From positions 16,504 through 80,503 of the forward strand of contig CAMLYF010000006.1 in NCBI GenBank assembly GCA_946491795.1: a DNA stretch of 64,000 nucleotides, given 5' to 3'. Each line of letters opens with the position of its first letter. Within the stretch, counting starts at the first letter, position 1. This document shows, one piece after another, positions 50,801 through 59,882 of this stretch. Source of the DNA: an uncultured Lachnoclostridium sp. GTDB taxonomy: Bacteria > Bacillota > Clostridia > Lachnospirales > Lachnospiraceae. A program made the position numbers and the translations under genes. A model generated the notes under the pieces. The model had not been told where the DNA came from, did no database searches, and worked only from the letters and a program-made list of their open reading frames with translations.

Positions 50801-51449
50801 GTCCATGAGTTCCGGGCAGAGTGCATCCTATGAGAGCAATCTGACTTCACTCGGCTATGTGGATTTTGATGTGCCCAGTGGAATCGATATCTATCCGAAA
50901 GATTTTGAGAGCAAGGAAATGGTGGTCAGCATTCTGGATGATTACAACAGCCGTATGGAAGCAGAAGGAAAAGACGAGCAGGTGATCACCTATACAGATA
51001 TGGTGGGAACGCTGATGTCGTCCGTGACCGAGATCATTGATATCATAAGTTATGTTCTGATCGCGTTTGTGGCGATCTCGCTGATCGTATCGTCCATCAT
51101 GATCGGTGTGATCACATACATCAGCGTGCTGGAGCGGAAGAAAGAGATTGGTATTCTGCGTGCCATTGGTGCGTCGAAAGGGAATATCTCGCAGGTATTC
51201 AATGCGGAGACATTTATCATTGGATTCTGCGCAGGAGCGCTGGGGATCATTATATCCCTGCTTCTCCTCATACCGGGCAATGCACTGATCCATTATCTTG
51301 CTGGAACAAATGACGTCAGTGCAGTGCTTCCGGCGGTTCCTGCCGTGATCCTGATCCTGCTGAGCGTCGTGCTGACACTGATTGGCGGACTGATTCCGTC
51401 GAAAAAGGCGGCGAAGAGCGATCCGGTGACAGCCCTGAGAACGGAATAG
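47886..51449 (+). CDS. Fused ABC ATPase / FtsX-family permease (MacB-like) with a ~770-aa extracellular domain
   Basis: ATG 47886 follows AAAGGAG. NBD motifs GPSGSGKTT, LSGGQMQRVAIARAL and LLADEPTGALD. TM1 lies around residue 280. A very large extracytoplasmic region follows, then a C-terminal FtsX 3-TM module (EIGILRAIGASKG...). Confidence 0.85.
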   Translation: MLQVKDIHKEYRTGTLVQKALDGVSLNLRDNEFVAILGPSGSGKTTLLNIIGGLDRYDSGDLIINGISTKKYKDRDWDSYRNHTIGFVFQSYNLIPHQTILANVELALTISGIGKAERRQRAQEALAQVGLGEQVHKKPNQLSGGQMQRVAIARALVNDPDILLADEPTGALDSETSVQVMDLLKEVAKDRLVVMVTHNPELAYEYATRIVNLKDGKIRSDSDPYDVNEAELTEPEHKNMGKSSMSFLTALSLSFNNLKTKKARTLLTSFAGSIGIIGIALILSLSTGVNDYIGKIEEETLSEYPLQIQSTGFDFSSAMDTGAASDTSEEDGDIYVVEMVTNMFSTMDTNDLESLKTYLDSGDSGIEEYTNAIEYSYNAEPQIYKENGDEIRQVNPDHSFDSMGLGSSSGSGIMSSMMSTNVFYEMPENEQLYEGQYDVKAGRWPEKYNECVLVLTSGGGMSDFMLYTLGLRDPLELDEMVDQFINEENITTPDDMGTYTYDDILGITFKLVNSADYYQYDSQYNVWTDKSGDTDYMKELVANGEDLTIVGVVQPSEDANASALSAGICYPASLTKHIAEYAENTEIVKQQLADSSVNVFTGEKFGESSSENGFDMESLVTVDEEKLQEAFGFNESAFTNLSDAFDFSSVFSSAGNSIDLSSLVDLGDIAVDLPDMPSMSMEDLLGNLDLNVSSDGFAQMASSLMEGYQKYAQEHPEADYSGLAEAFQNYLSSDAAQSILRDNIADIIQSGSGITVTTEQLREMLSEIMTGFAQYIEENNYDDPSRFGEYLQEYLGTADAQGILNKWADEIFNGVVDNITITSEQISKLAGELAAGYQQYAQQTGAPDPAKMGENFIAYLGTADGQKRLSDGLAGVVDTAGIESQLTGAVESYMRSAMSSYGSAIGQALESQISSAMQQMMSQLATGMSQAMGQAMTQVGSSLENAMNIDGEAFADAFQMNMTGDELAELMMSMSSGQSASYESNLTSLGYVDFDVPSGIDIYPKDFESKEMVVSILDDYNSRMEAEGKDEQVITYTDMVGTLMSSVTEIIDIISYVLIAFVAISLIVSSIMIGVITYISVLERKKEIGILRAIGASKGNISQVFNAETFIIGFCAGALGIIISLLLLIPGNALIHYLAGTNDVSAVLPAVPAVILILLSVVLTLIGGLIPSKKAAKSDPVTALRTE
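50004..50585 (+). repeat. Three tandem ~64-aa protein repeats inside the extracellular domain of the giant ABC protein
   Basis: The repeats start at 50004 (GYQKYAQEHPEADYSGLAEAFQNYLSSDAAQSIL...), 50196 (GFAQYIEENNYDDPSRFGEYLQEYLGTADAQGIL...) and 50391 (GYQQYAQQTGAPDPAKMGENFIAYLGTADGQKRL...). Confidence 0.75.
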
Positions 51450-51496
51450 AACAATACGATTGTTTGTATCAATCGAGTGTGGCAAGGAGTGAGAGC

Positions 51497-52930
51497 ATGG
51501 AAGAAAAAAATATCATAGAATTGAGAAATATAAAGAAAGTATTTGATGATACTGTGGTGGTGGAGGACTTTAATCTGGAAGTAAAGAAAGGAGAGTTTGT
51601 CACATTCCTCGGTCCTTCGGGCTGCGGCAAGACGACAACTCTGCGGATGATCGCTGGTTTCGAGTTTCCGACAGAAGGAGAGATCCTTTTAAACGGCGAA
51701 GATATCAGCCATCTTCCACCCAACTTAAGACCTATCAACACGGTGTTCCAGCGCTACGCGCTGTTCCCCCACATGAATGTCTATGACAATGTGGCGTTCG
51801 GGCTGAACCTGAAACATCTTCCCAAGTCAGTGATCAATGAGAAGGTAAAAAACGTACTGGAAGTGGTAGATCTGGAAGGGTTTGAAAAAAGACAGATTTC
51901 TACTCTGTCCGGCGGACAGCAGCAGAGGATTGCAATTGCCCGTGCCATTGTCAATGAACCGGATATCCTGCTTCTTGATGAACCGTTGGGAGCGCTGGAT
52001 CTGAAGATGAGAAAAGAGATGCAGCTGGAACTCAAATCCATGCATGAGCGTCTTGGAATCACCTTTATTTATGTGACTCATGACCAGGAGGAAGCGCTTA
52101 CTATGTCTGACAAGGTGGTAGTCATGTCGGACGGTATGATTCAGCAGATCGGTACTCCGGAAGAAATCTACAATGAACCGAAAAACGCTTTCGTTGCTGA
52201 CTTTATAGGAGAAAGTAATATCTTTGAAGGGAAGATGGCGGCATCCATGACAGTCAGCTTCTGCGGAGCTGAATTCCCGTGTGTGGACAATGTACCGAAA
52301 GATACGCGGGTGGATGTGGTTGTACGGCCTGAAGACGTTGTCATCACCAGACCGGTGGACGGTCAGATCAGGGGCGTTGTGGACTCTGCCGTATTTAAGG
52401 GAATGTACTATGAGATCACGGCGATCCTGCCGGATGAAAATGAGGTGGTCATCCAGACCACGAGAAACGTGCGGCCCGGCGAAGAGATCGGCATGAGGAT
52501 CGGGCCTGATGAGATTCACGTCATGCCTGCGGGTGTACTGATGAATGTCTTTGACGGTACGATCACAAAAGAAGGCCGCGCGGCATTTGCCGGCGGTGAG
52601 TATGAGTGCGACCTGACGCAGCTCTTTGACGGCTCAGTTCAGAACGGGCCGTGCTCCGTTGTTACAGAGGGCGGCGAGGAGATCAATCTCGAGGGGATCG
52701 AAGTGACGGTGGAAGTGCCGGTGAAGGCAGTCTCCATGAGTGATGAGCAGAGAGACTACCGCGCGGACGGAAATATCATATCATTTATCTATAAAGGAAA
52801 CCATTATAACTATACAGTACGTACAGCTACGGAGGAAGACTTCGTGCTGGATGAGGATGATCTGTGGAACGAGGGGGATCATGTCAGTCTGATGATTCCG
52901 AAAGAGCAGATCATACTGAAGAGAAAGTAG
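51497..52930 (+). CDS. potA: Spermidine/putrescine ABC transporter ATP-binding protein with an extended C-terminus
   Basis: ATG 51497 follows AAGGAG. GPSGCGKTT and LSGGQQQRIAIARA motifs. 477 aa, roughly 100 aa longer than the PotA size I recall. Confidence 0.85.
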   Translation: MEEKNIIELRNIKKVFDDTVVVEDFNLEVKKGEFVTFLGPSGCGKTTTLRMIAGFEFPTEGEILLNGEDISHLPPNLRPINTVFQRYALFPHMNVYDNVAFGLNLKHLPKSVINEKVKNVLEVVDLEGFEKRQISTLSGGQQQRIAIARAIVNEPDILLLDEPLGALDLKMRKEMQLELKSMHERLGITFIYVTHDQEEALTMSDKVVVMSDGMIQQIGTPEEIYNEPKNAFVADFIGESNIFEGKMAASMTVSFCGAEFPCVDNVPKDTRVDVVVRPEDVVITRPVDGQIRGVVDSAVFKGMYYEITAILPDENEVVIQTTRNVRPGEEIGMRIGPDEIHVMPAGVLMNVFDGTITKEGRAAFAGGEYECDLTQLFDGSVQNGPCSVVTEGGEEINLEGIEVTVEVPVKAVSMSDEQRDYRADGNIISFIYKGNHYNYTVRTATEEDFVLDEDDLWNEGDHVSLMIPKEQIILKRK

Positions 52931-52939
52931 GGATTGAAT

Positions 52940-53737
52940 ATGAAACGTTTTCGGTTCAGCAGGAAACAGCTGTGCATCCCTTATGCCCTGTTCCTGATCT
53001 GTTTTGTCGTGCTGCCGCTGGCGGTGATCGTCTACTATGCATTTACAGACGGAAGCGGAAGGTTTACGCTTGAAAACCTTCTGAGCTTCTTTACCAATGG
53101 AAATACGATCGGAACACTATGCTACAGTGCTGTGATCGCGGTGGTGGTGACGGCAGTCTGTCTTCTGATCGCTTATCCTGTGGCGTATATCCTGGCAAGG
53201 AGCAGTCTGAAGAGAGCCCCGGTGCTGCTGATGCTCTTTATCCTGCCCATGTGGATCAATTTTACTTTGAGAATTACGGCATTAAAGGAGATCCTGACTG
53301 TGCTGGAGGGCAATCTCTCCCTGCATCCGTTTCTGAACACAGTGATCGGCATGACATATGATTACCTTCCGTTTATGATCCTGCCGTTGTATACAACCCT
53401 TCTTCAGCTCGATGAGAGTCTGCTGGAAGCGGCAAAGGATCTGGGAGCGGGTCCCGGGGCAGTATTTTTCAGAGTGACGCTGCCTCTGTCCATGCCGGGA
53501 ATCGTCAGTGGGATCACTATGACATTTCTTCCGGCCATGACCAACTATGTCATCCTTGATATGATGTACAACAGTACGTATATCATGGGATCGCTGATCG
53601 GAAGTTACTTTAATATCTATGACTGGCACAATGGTTCTATGATCTCACTGATCCTGTTTGCAGTGATCTGTATCGTATCGCTGCTCACAGGCGGAGAGGA
53701 TCAGGATGATGCAAAGAACAGGGGGGCGATACTATAA
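52940..53737 (+). CDS. potB: Spermidine/putrescine ABC transporter permease
   Basis: Multi-TM with EAA loop EAAKDLGAGPGAVFFRVTLP. Start is ATG 52940 (the ORF track has TTG 52934). Confidence 0.85.
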   Translation: MKRFRFSRKQLCIPYALFLICFVVLPLAVIVYYAFTDGSGRFTLENLLSFFTNGNTIGTLCYSAVIAVVVTAVCLLIAYPVAYILARSSLKRAPVLLMLFILPMWINFTLRITALKEILTVLEGNLSLHPFLNTVIGMTYDYLPFMILPLYTTLLQLDESLLEAAKDLGAGPGAVFFRVTLPLSMPGIVSGITMTFLPAMTNYVILDMMYNSTYIMGSLIGSYFNIYDWHNGSMISLILFAVICIVSLLTGGEDQDDAKNRGAIL

Positions 53738-54561
53738 TGAAAAAGATACTTTCTTATTCGTGGCTTGCCCTTGTGGCGTTTTTTATGTATATACCGGTAC
53801 TGATCCTGGCGTTTTACAGCTTTACGGATTCTACGACAATCGGCGCCGTGAGAGGTTTCTCTCTGCACAACTATGTAACGCTTTTTACAACAGAAGAGCT
53901 GAGAAATATGATCATCGGGACGGTCCTGCTGGCAGTAGGGGCGGCCGTGATCTCATCGATTCTGGGAACAGTTGGCGCCATCGGCGCTTTTTACTCCAGA
54001 CCGGTTACGAAAAGGATGGTCGAGACGGCGAACCAGATTCCGGTGGTGAATGCGGATGTTGTGACAGCGTTTTCCATCTGTATCCTTCTGATCGTCGTGC
54101 TGGGCATCGAAAAGAACACGTTCATTCCGCTTGTGATCGGACATGTGGTCCTGTGTACCCCGTTTGTGTATCTTGCCGTGATGCCGAAGTTAAAGCAGAT
54201 GGACAACGGGCTCTATGAGGCGGCCCTTGATCTGGGGGCGACGCCGTTTCAGGCGCTGTACAAGATCGTGATCCCGCAGATCATTCCGGGCATCATCTCG
54301 GGGTTCATGCTGTCGATCACACTGTCTTTGGACGATTATTTTATCTCCACATATACGAAACCGGCGACATTTGATACGATCAGTACCTATGTGGTCAATG
54401 CCACAAGAGGAGCCCAGACTGAGATCAAGACAGCGCTGTGGGCTCTGTCTACCGTGATCTTTCTCGTGGTGATCCTGGCGGTGGTAATCATGAATGTTGC
54501 CTCGGCGAAAACAGAGAAGAAACAGGAGGTGGGCACATATGACAGCAGAGAGAAAGACTAA
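53737..54561 (+). CDS. potC: Spermidine/putrescine ABC transporter permease
   Basis: Multi-TM with EAA loop EAALDLGATPFQALYKIVIP. TAATG overlap with potB. Confidence 0.85.
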   Translation: MKKILSYSWLALVAFFMYIPVLILAFYSFTDSTTIGAVRGFSLHNYVTLFTTEELRNMIIGTVLLAVGAAVISSILGTVGAIGAFYSRPVTKRMVETANQIPVVNADVVTAFSICILLIVVLGIEKNTFIPLVIGHVVLCTPFVYLAVMPKLKQMDNGLYEAALDLGATPFQALYKIVIPQIIPGIISGFMLSITLSLDDYFISTYTKPATFDTISTYVVNATRGAQTEIKTALWALSTVIFLVVILAVVIMNVASAKTEKKQEVGTYDSREKD

Positions 54562-56152
54562 GCAGTGCAGGACGCTTAGGACAGCAGCCGCGGGACTTGC
54601 GCTGACAGCAAGCCTTACATTGGCGCTGCCTGGATGTGTGCTCCCTGACGGAATATTTTCTGATGATATACTGCCCGGCGCAGCAGTGTCCAGAGGAATG
54701 GCTTCTGTGTCTGCGGCAGAAAGCGATGAGAAAGTGACTCTGCGCATTGCCAACTGGGAAGAATACATCGATGAAGGTGACTGGGATGAAGAAGAGGCAA
54801 TCGATCTTGACGACCGTGAAGGCACCGTGATCTTCGGGGAAAACTCTATGATAGATGATTTTGAGGCATGGTATCTGGACACTTATGGTGTGGAGGTGAA
54901 TGTAGAGTATTCCACTTTCGGAACCAATGAAGATCTGTACAATCAGCTGACCCTCGGCAATGATTTCGACCTTGTCTGTCCGTCCGAGTACATGTTTATG
55001 AAACTGATCGCGGAGAACCGGCTCCAGCCCCTCTCCGACGATTTCTTTGATGAAGAAAATGAAAATAACTATTATGTCCGCGGTGTATCGGACTATATCA
55101 GAAATATCTTTGACACAAATACGATAAACGGGGAACCGTGGAGCAGATATGCGGCCGGCTACATGTGGGGGACGACCGGAATCGTCTATAATCCTGAGGT
55201 GATCTCAAAAGAAGAGGCGTCTCACTGGGCAATCCTTGCGGATCTGAAATACAAGGGGCAGGTCACGATCAAGGACAACGTCCGGGACAGTTATTTCGCG
55301 GCTCTGGGCATCCTCAATGAAGAGGAACTGATGGCCCCGGATCTTATCAGCTCGCCGGACCGGCTGGAGCGCATAACGGAAATTATGAACCGGACCGACG
55401 AGGATACGGTAAAGGCAGCCGAGTCGGTTTTAAAAGAGATGAAGGAAAATGCCTATTCGTTTGAGTCCGACAGCGGTAAAGCCGACATGGTGACCGGCAA
55501 GGTCCTGGCAAACTATCAGTGGTCGGGAGACGCCGTCTACACGCTGGATCAGGCGGAGATCGACGACTATTATCTTGCTTACGCCGTGCCGGAGGAATGT
55601 ACGAATGTATGGTTCGACGGCTGGGTTATGCTCAAAGACGGCATTGCCGGTGATGCGGCGAAACAGCAGGCCGCCGAGGCATTTATCAATTTTATGTCCA
55701 GACCTGACAACGTGGTCAGGAATATGTACTATATCGGTTACACTTCCGTGATCGCGGGCGGCGACAGCGATATCATCTATGCCTATGCAGACTGGTGCTA
55801 CGGAGCGGAAGACGACGCGGAGGATACGATAGAATATCCTGTAGGATTCTTCTTCAGCGGAGATAACGCGGACGAGGATTTCGTCATTACCGCTGAGGCG
55901 GATCAGGCAGACCGGCAGCTTTTCGCCCAGTACCCTCCGCAGGATGTGCTGGAGCGGGCTGTAGTCATGCAGTATTTTGATCAGGAGAATAATGAGCGGA
56001 TCAACCAGATGTGGGTTAACGTCCGCTGCTTTGACCTGACGACACTGGGCTGGCAGGACTGGGCAGAGATCGGGGCGATTGTGATCGTTGTGATCGCGGC
56101 GGCAGTGATTTTTAAGAAACGGGATGACATCATGCAGCTTAGAAGATCGTAA
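54539..56152 (+). CDS. potD: Polyamine-type ABC substrate-binding lipoprotein with an extra C-terminal TM helix
   Basis: ATG 54539 follows AGGAGG. Lipobox LALPGC. PotD/PotF-like core (RIANWEEYID..., YMWGTTGIVYNPE). C-terminal hydrophobic helix WAEIGAIVIVVIAAAVIFKKRD. Confidence 0.75.
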   Translation: MTAERKTKQCRTLRTAAAGLALTASLTLALPGCVLPDGIFSDDILPGAAVSRGMASVSAAESDEKVTLRIANWEEYIDEGDWDEEEAIDLDDREGTVIFGENSMIDDFEAWYLDTYGVEVNVEYSTFGTNEDLYNQLTLGNDFDLVCPSEYMFMKLIAENRLQPLSDDFFDEENENNYYVRGVSDYIRNIFDTNTINGEPWSRYAAGYMWGTTGIVYNPEVISKEEASHWAILADLKYKGQVTIKDNVRDSYFAALGILNEEELMAPDLISSPDRLERITEIMNRTDEDTVKAAESVLKEMKENAYSFESDSGKADMVTGKVLANYQWSGDAVYTLDQAEIDDYYLAYAVPEECTNVWFDGWVMLKDGIAGDAAKQQAAEAFINFMSRPDNVVRNMYYIGYTSVIAGGDSDIIYAYADWCYGAEDDAEDTIEYPVGFFFSGDNADEDFVITAEADQADRQLFAQYPPQDVLERAVVMQYFDQENNERINQMWVNVRCFDLTTLGWQDWAEIGAIVIVVIAAAVIFKKRDDIMQLRRS

Positions 56153-56208
56153 GATAAAGCTGCGTATTGGACACGATCGGGACGGTAACAGGACGGGAGG
56201 CAGAACAG

Positions 56209-57000
56209 GTGGAGGCATATACGAGTTTTGCGGCAGTGTATGATACATTTATGGATAATGTCCCCTATGAAGAATGGGGAGAATATATACATGGCATGCT
56301 ATGTAAATACGGTGTAGAAGACGGGATTGTACTGGATCTGGGATGCGGCACGGGAACAATGACGGAGATACTGGCCGGATACGGATACGATATGATAGGA
56401 GTAGACAATTCTGAGGACATGCTTGAACTCGCCATGGAAAAACGTATCGAATCCGGGCATGATATCCTGTATCTTCTGCAGGATATGCGGGAATTTGAGC
56501 TGTATGGCACAGTGAGAGCTGTTGTGAGCGTATGCGATTCTGTCAATTATGTGACGGAGCCGGGAGAACTTGAAGAGGTGTTCCGGCTGGTAAATAATTA
56601 TCTGGATCCGCGCGGTATTTTTCTGTTTGATTTCAATACAGATTATAAATACCGGGAAATCATGGGAGACTGTACTATAGCAGAGGACCGGGGAGAATGC
56701 AGTTTTATCTGGGACAACTATTATTATGAAAATGAGCAGATCAACGAGTACGATCTGACACTTTTCATACAGGAGAAAAACCCTGACGAAACGCAGTCAG
56801 ACCAGATGCCGCAGCTGTACCGGAAATACAAAGAAACTCATTATCAGAGAGGATATACACTGAAAGAAATACAAGTGCTTCTTGAGAAGGCCGGGCTTGT
56901 GTTCGAGGCCGCTTATGACGTGGACTCAAAAGAGGAGCCGTCAGATACGTCAGAGCGGATCTGCGTGATCGCCCGGGAATCAGGAAAACAGGAGGAATAA
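56209..57000 (+). CDS. Class I SAM-dependent methyltransferase
   Basis: SAM-binding motif VLDLGCGTG. GTG 56209 follows GGGAGG and is preferred over the ORF-track TTG at 56167. Confidence 0.75.
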   Translation: MEAYTSFAAVYDTFMDNVPYEEWGEYIHGMLCKYGVEDGIVLDLGCGTGTMTEILAGYGYDMIGVDNSEDMLELAMEKRIESGHDILYLLQDMREFELYGTVRAVVSVCDSVNYVTEPGELEEVFRLVNNYLDPRGIFLFDFNTDYKYREIMGDCTIAEDRGECSFIWDNYYYENEQINEYDLTLFIQEKNPDETQSDQMPQLYRKYKETHYQRGYTLKEIQVLLEKAGLVFEAAYDVDSKEEPSDTSERICVIARESGKQEE

Positions 57001-57002
57001 AA

Positions 57003-57884
57003 ATGAAAGACTATATTGTAAGAGCTTCCGCGGCGCATACACAGATCCGTGCGTTTGCCGCGGTGACAACAGAGATGGTGGAAGAGGCGAGACAGCGCCA
57101 CGGCACGAGCCCGGTGGCGACAGCAGCTCTCGGCAGGCTTCTGACCGGCGGCGTGATGATGGGCAGCATGATGAAAAACGCGACAGATATGCTGACGATA
57201 CAGATCAAATGTTCCGGTCCGATCCAGGGACTGACCGTGACGGCGGACAGTCAGGGGAATGTAAAAGGCTATGTATATAATCCGGACGTGATGCTGCCTC
57301 CGAAGAACGGCAAACTGGATGTGGGCGGAGCACTCGGACAGGGAGTGATGACCGTGATCAAGGATATGGGGCTCAAGGAGCCTTATTCCGGGCAGACTAT
57401 ACTGCAGACCGGAGAGATCGCGGAGGACCTTACGTATTATTTTGCCACATCTGAACAGGTGCCGTCCTCTGTAGGCCTGGGCGTGCTCATGGAGCATGAC
57501 AATACCGTCCGCTGCGCAGGCGGATTCATCGTGCAGGTGATGCCTTTCATTGAGGACGAGGTATTAAACAGACTGGAGCAGAATATCCAGAATATTCAGT
57601 CTGTTACATCCATGCTGGACAACGGCCACACACCGGAAGAGATGCTCGCCCAGGTGCTGGACGGCCTCGATCTGGAGATCACCGATACGATGCCGGCCAA
57701 GTTTACCTGCAACTGCTCCAAAGAACGGATCGAGAAAGCGATCATCAGCGTGGGAAAGAAAGAGATCCAGTCCATGATCGATGACGGCAAAGATATCGAA
57801 GTGAAATGCCATTTCTGTAATACGGCATATAACTATACAGTAGATGAACTGAAAGAACTGTTGAAAAAAGCGAAAGCAAGATAA
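57003..57884 (+). CDS. hslO: Redox-regulated chaperone Hsp33
   Basis: 293 aa with the C-terminal zinc-centre motifs CNCS...CHFC. Confidence 0.9.
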   Translation: MKDYIVRASAAHTQIRAFAAVTTEMVEEARQRHGTSPVATAALGRLLTGGVMMGSMMKNATDMLTIQIKCSGPIQGLTVTADSQGNVKGYVYNPDVMLPPKNGKLDVGGALGQGVMTVIKDMGLKEPYSGQTILQTGEIAEDLTYYFATSEQVPSSVGLGVLMEHDNTVRCAGGFIVQVMPFIEDEVLNRLEQNIQNIQSVTSMLDNGHTPEEMLAQVLDGLDLEITDTMPAKFTCNCSKERIEKAIISVGKKEIQSMIDDGKDIEVKCHFCNTAYNYTVDELKELLKKAKAR

Positions 57885-57911
57885 GAGTAAAAATGTGAAA
57901 AAAGTGTGAAC

Positions 57912-57946
57912 GGGGACGTAGTAAAACCCGGTTTTACTACGTCCCC
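57912..57946 (+). other. Perfect 16-bp stem-loop between hslO and nadE (no U-tail)
   Basis: GGGGACGTAGTAAAAC (57912-57927), ccg loop, GTTTTACTACGTCCCC (57931-57946). Confidence 0.6.
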
Positions 57947-57968
57947 GATAAGAAAGGCGGAAGGGAAA

Positions 57969-59882
57969 ATGAAACACGGATTTGTTAAAGTTGCCGCGGC
58001 TACGCCGGATATCCGGGTGGCGGATGTAGAGTTCAACACAGCGAAAATATGCGAGGCGATCAGCGAGGCATGCGAACAGAAAGCAAAGATTATCGTATTT
58101 CCGGAATTATGTGTGACCGGATATACGTGCAGTGATCTTTTTACCCAGGATGTTCTGCTCAAGGCAGCGAAAGAAGCGCTCATCAGGATCGCAGAATATA
58201 CGGCTGACAAGGATATCCTTGTATTTGCAGGCGCGCCTCTGTCAGTCGGCGGAAAGCTGTACAACGTGGCGGCTGCCATGAACCGGGGTAAGGTGATCGG
58301 GCTTACGACCAAGACATTTCTCCCTAATTACGCGGAATTTTACGAGATGCGGCAGTTTACTCCCGGTCCGGAGACAGCGGGCTACATCGACTTCAATGGT
58401 CAGAAGGTACCTTTCGGACCGCAGCTTCTGTTTACGGACAGTGAAATGGAAGATCTGATCGTGTCTGCGGAAATCTGCGAGGACGTCTGGTCTCCCGTTC
58501 CGCCAAGCATCAGGGCGGCGCTTGAGGGGGCGACCGTGATCGTAAACTGTTCCGCCAGCGATGAGACGATCGGAAAAGATACCTATCGCAGAGAACTGAT
58601 CTCAGGACAGTCGGCGCGCCTGATCGCAGGTTATATCTACGCAAATGCAGGCGAGGGCGAATCCACGACAGACGTGGTTTTCGGCGGACATAATATTATC
58701 GCAGAGAACGGGGCAATCTTAAAGCAGTCAAAGCGGTATCACAACGAGATTATCTATTCGGAGCTTGATATCCAGAGGATCATCAGCGAGAGAAGGAAGA
58801 ATACTACATTTAAGACCGCCGTGGGGCAGACGCTGATCCGGATCCCGTTTCATATCAATAATGAAGAAACAGTGCTCACCAGAACATTTCCGAAGAGGCC
58901 GTTCGTTCCTGCGGATGAAAGAGCGAGAGCGCAGAGATGCGAGGAGATCCTGACGATCCAGGCCATGGGATTGAAAAAACGTCTGGCGCACACGAATTCC
59001 AGAACCGCTGTCGTAGGAATCTCGGGCGGACTTGATTCCACGCTTGCGCTTCTTGTGACGGCAAGGGCATTTGATATGCTCGGCCGCGACAAGAAAGACA
59101 TTATCGCGGTGACGATGCCCTGTTTCGGTACAACAGACCGGACATACAACAATGCATGTGAAATGACGAGAAAGACAGGCGCTACGCTGAAAGAAGTACC
59201 TATCGCGGACGCAGTGAATATTCATTTCAGGGATATCGGGCAGGATCCGGAAAATCATGATGTGACCTACGAGAATTCCCAGGCAAGGGAACGTACTCAG
59301 GTGCTCATGGACATTGCCAACCGGACAGGAGGCATGGTCATCGGTACCGGAGATATGTCCGAACTGGCGCTTGGATGGGCTACCTACAACGGCGACCATA
59401 TGTCCATGTACGGCGTCAACGCGTCTGTGCCGAAGACGCTGGTGCGCCATCTCGTAAAATACGCGGCTGACGAGACTCCGGATGAGGAACTGCGCCGAGT
59501 TCTCTACGATGTACTCGATACACCTGTCAGCCCGGAACTGCTTCCTCCGAAAGACGGAGACATCGCCCAGAAGACGGAAGACCTGGTAGGTCCGTACGAA
59601 CTTCATGATTTCTTCTTATATTATATGCTTCGTTTCGGATATGAACCGGCGAAGATCTTCCGACTGGCAGAAGTGACATTCGACGGAGACTATGACAGAG
59701 AGACGATCCTGAAATGGCTGAAGACATTCTGCCGGAGATTTTTTGCCCAGCAGTTTAAACGTTCCTGCCTTCCGGACGGACCGAAGATCGGTACGGTGGC
59801 GCTTTCCCCGAGAGGAGACTGGAGAATGCCGAGCGATGCGTGCGCGGCAGTGTGGATGAAAGAACTGGAGGAGATAAAATGA
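57969..59882 (+). CDS. nadE: Glutamine-dependent NAD+ synthetase (long form)
   Basis: ATG 57969 gives MKHGFVKVAAATPDIRVADV. N-terminal CN-hydrolase domain plus the PP-loop motif GISGGLDST. The ORF-track extension to 57906 would translate the hairpin. Confidence 0.9.
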   Translation: MKHGFVKVAAATPDIRVADVEFNTAKICEAISEACEQKAKIIVFPELCVTGYTCSDLFTQDVLLKAAKEALIRIAEYTADKDILVFAGAPLSVGGKLYNVAAAMNRGKVIGLTTKTFLPNYAEFYEMRQFTPGPETAGYIDFNGQKVPFGPQLLFTDSEMEDLIVSAEICEDVWSPVPPSIRAALEGATVIVNCSASDETIGKDTYRRELISGQSARLIAGYIYANAGEGESTTDVVFGGHNIIAENGAILKQSKRYHNEIIYSELDIQRIISERRKNTTFKTAVGQTLIRIPFHINNEETVLTRTFPKRPFVPADERARAQRCEEILTIQAMGLKKRLAHTNSRTAVVGISGGLDSTLALLVTARAFDMLGRDKKDIIAVTMPCFGTTDRTYNNACEMTRKTGATLKEVPIADAVNIHFRDIGQDPENHDVTYENSQARERTQVLMDIANRTGGMVIGTGDMSELALGWATYNGDHMSMYGVNASVPKTLVRHLVKYAADETPDEELRRVLYDVLDTPVSPELLPPKDGDIAQKTEDLVGPYELHDFFLYYMLRFGYEPAKIFRLAEVTFDGDYDRETILKWLKTFCRRFFAQQFKRSCLPDGPKIGTVALSPRGDWRMPSDACAAVWMKELEEIK

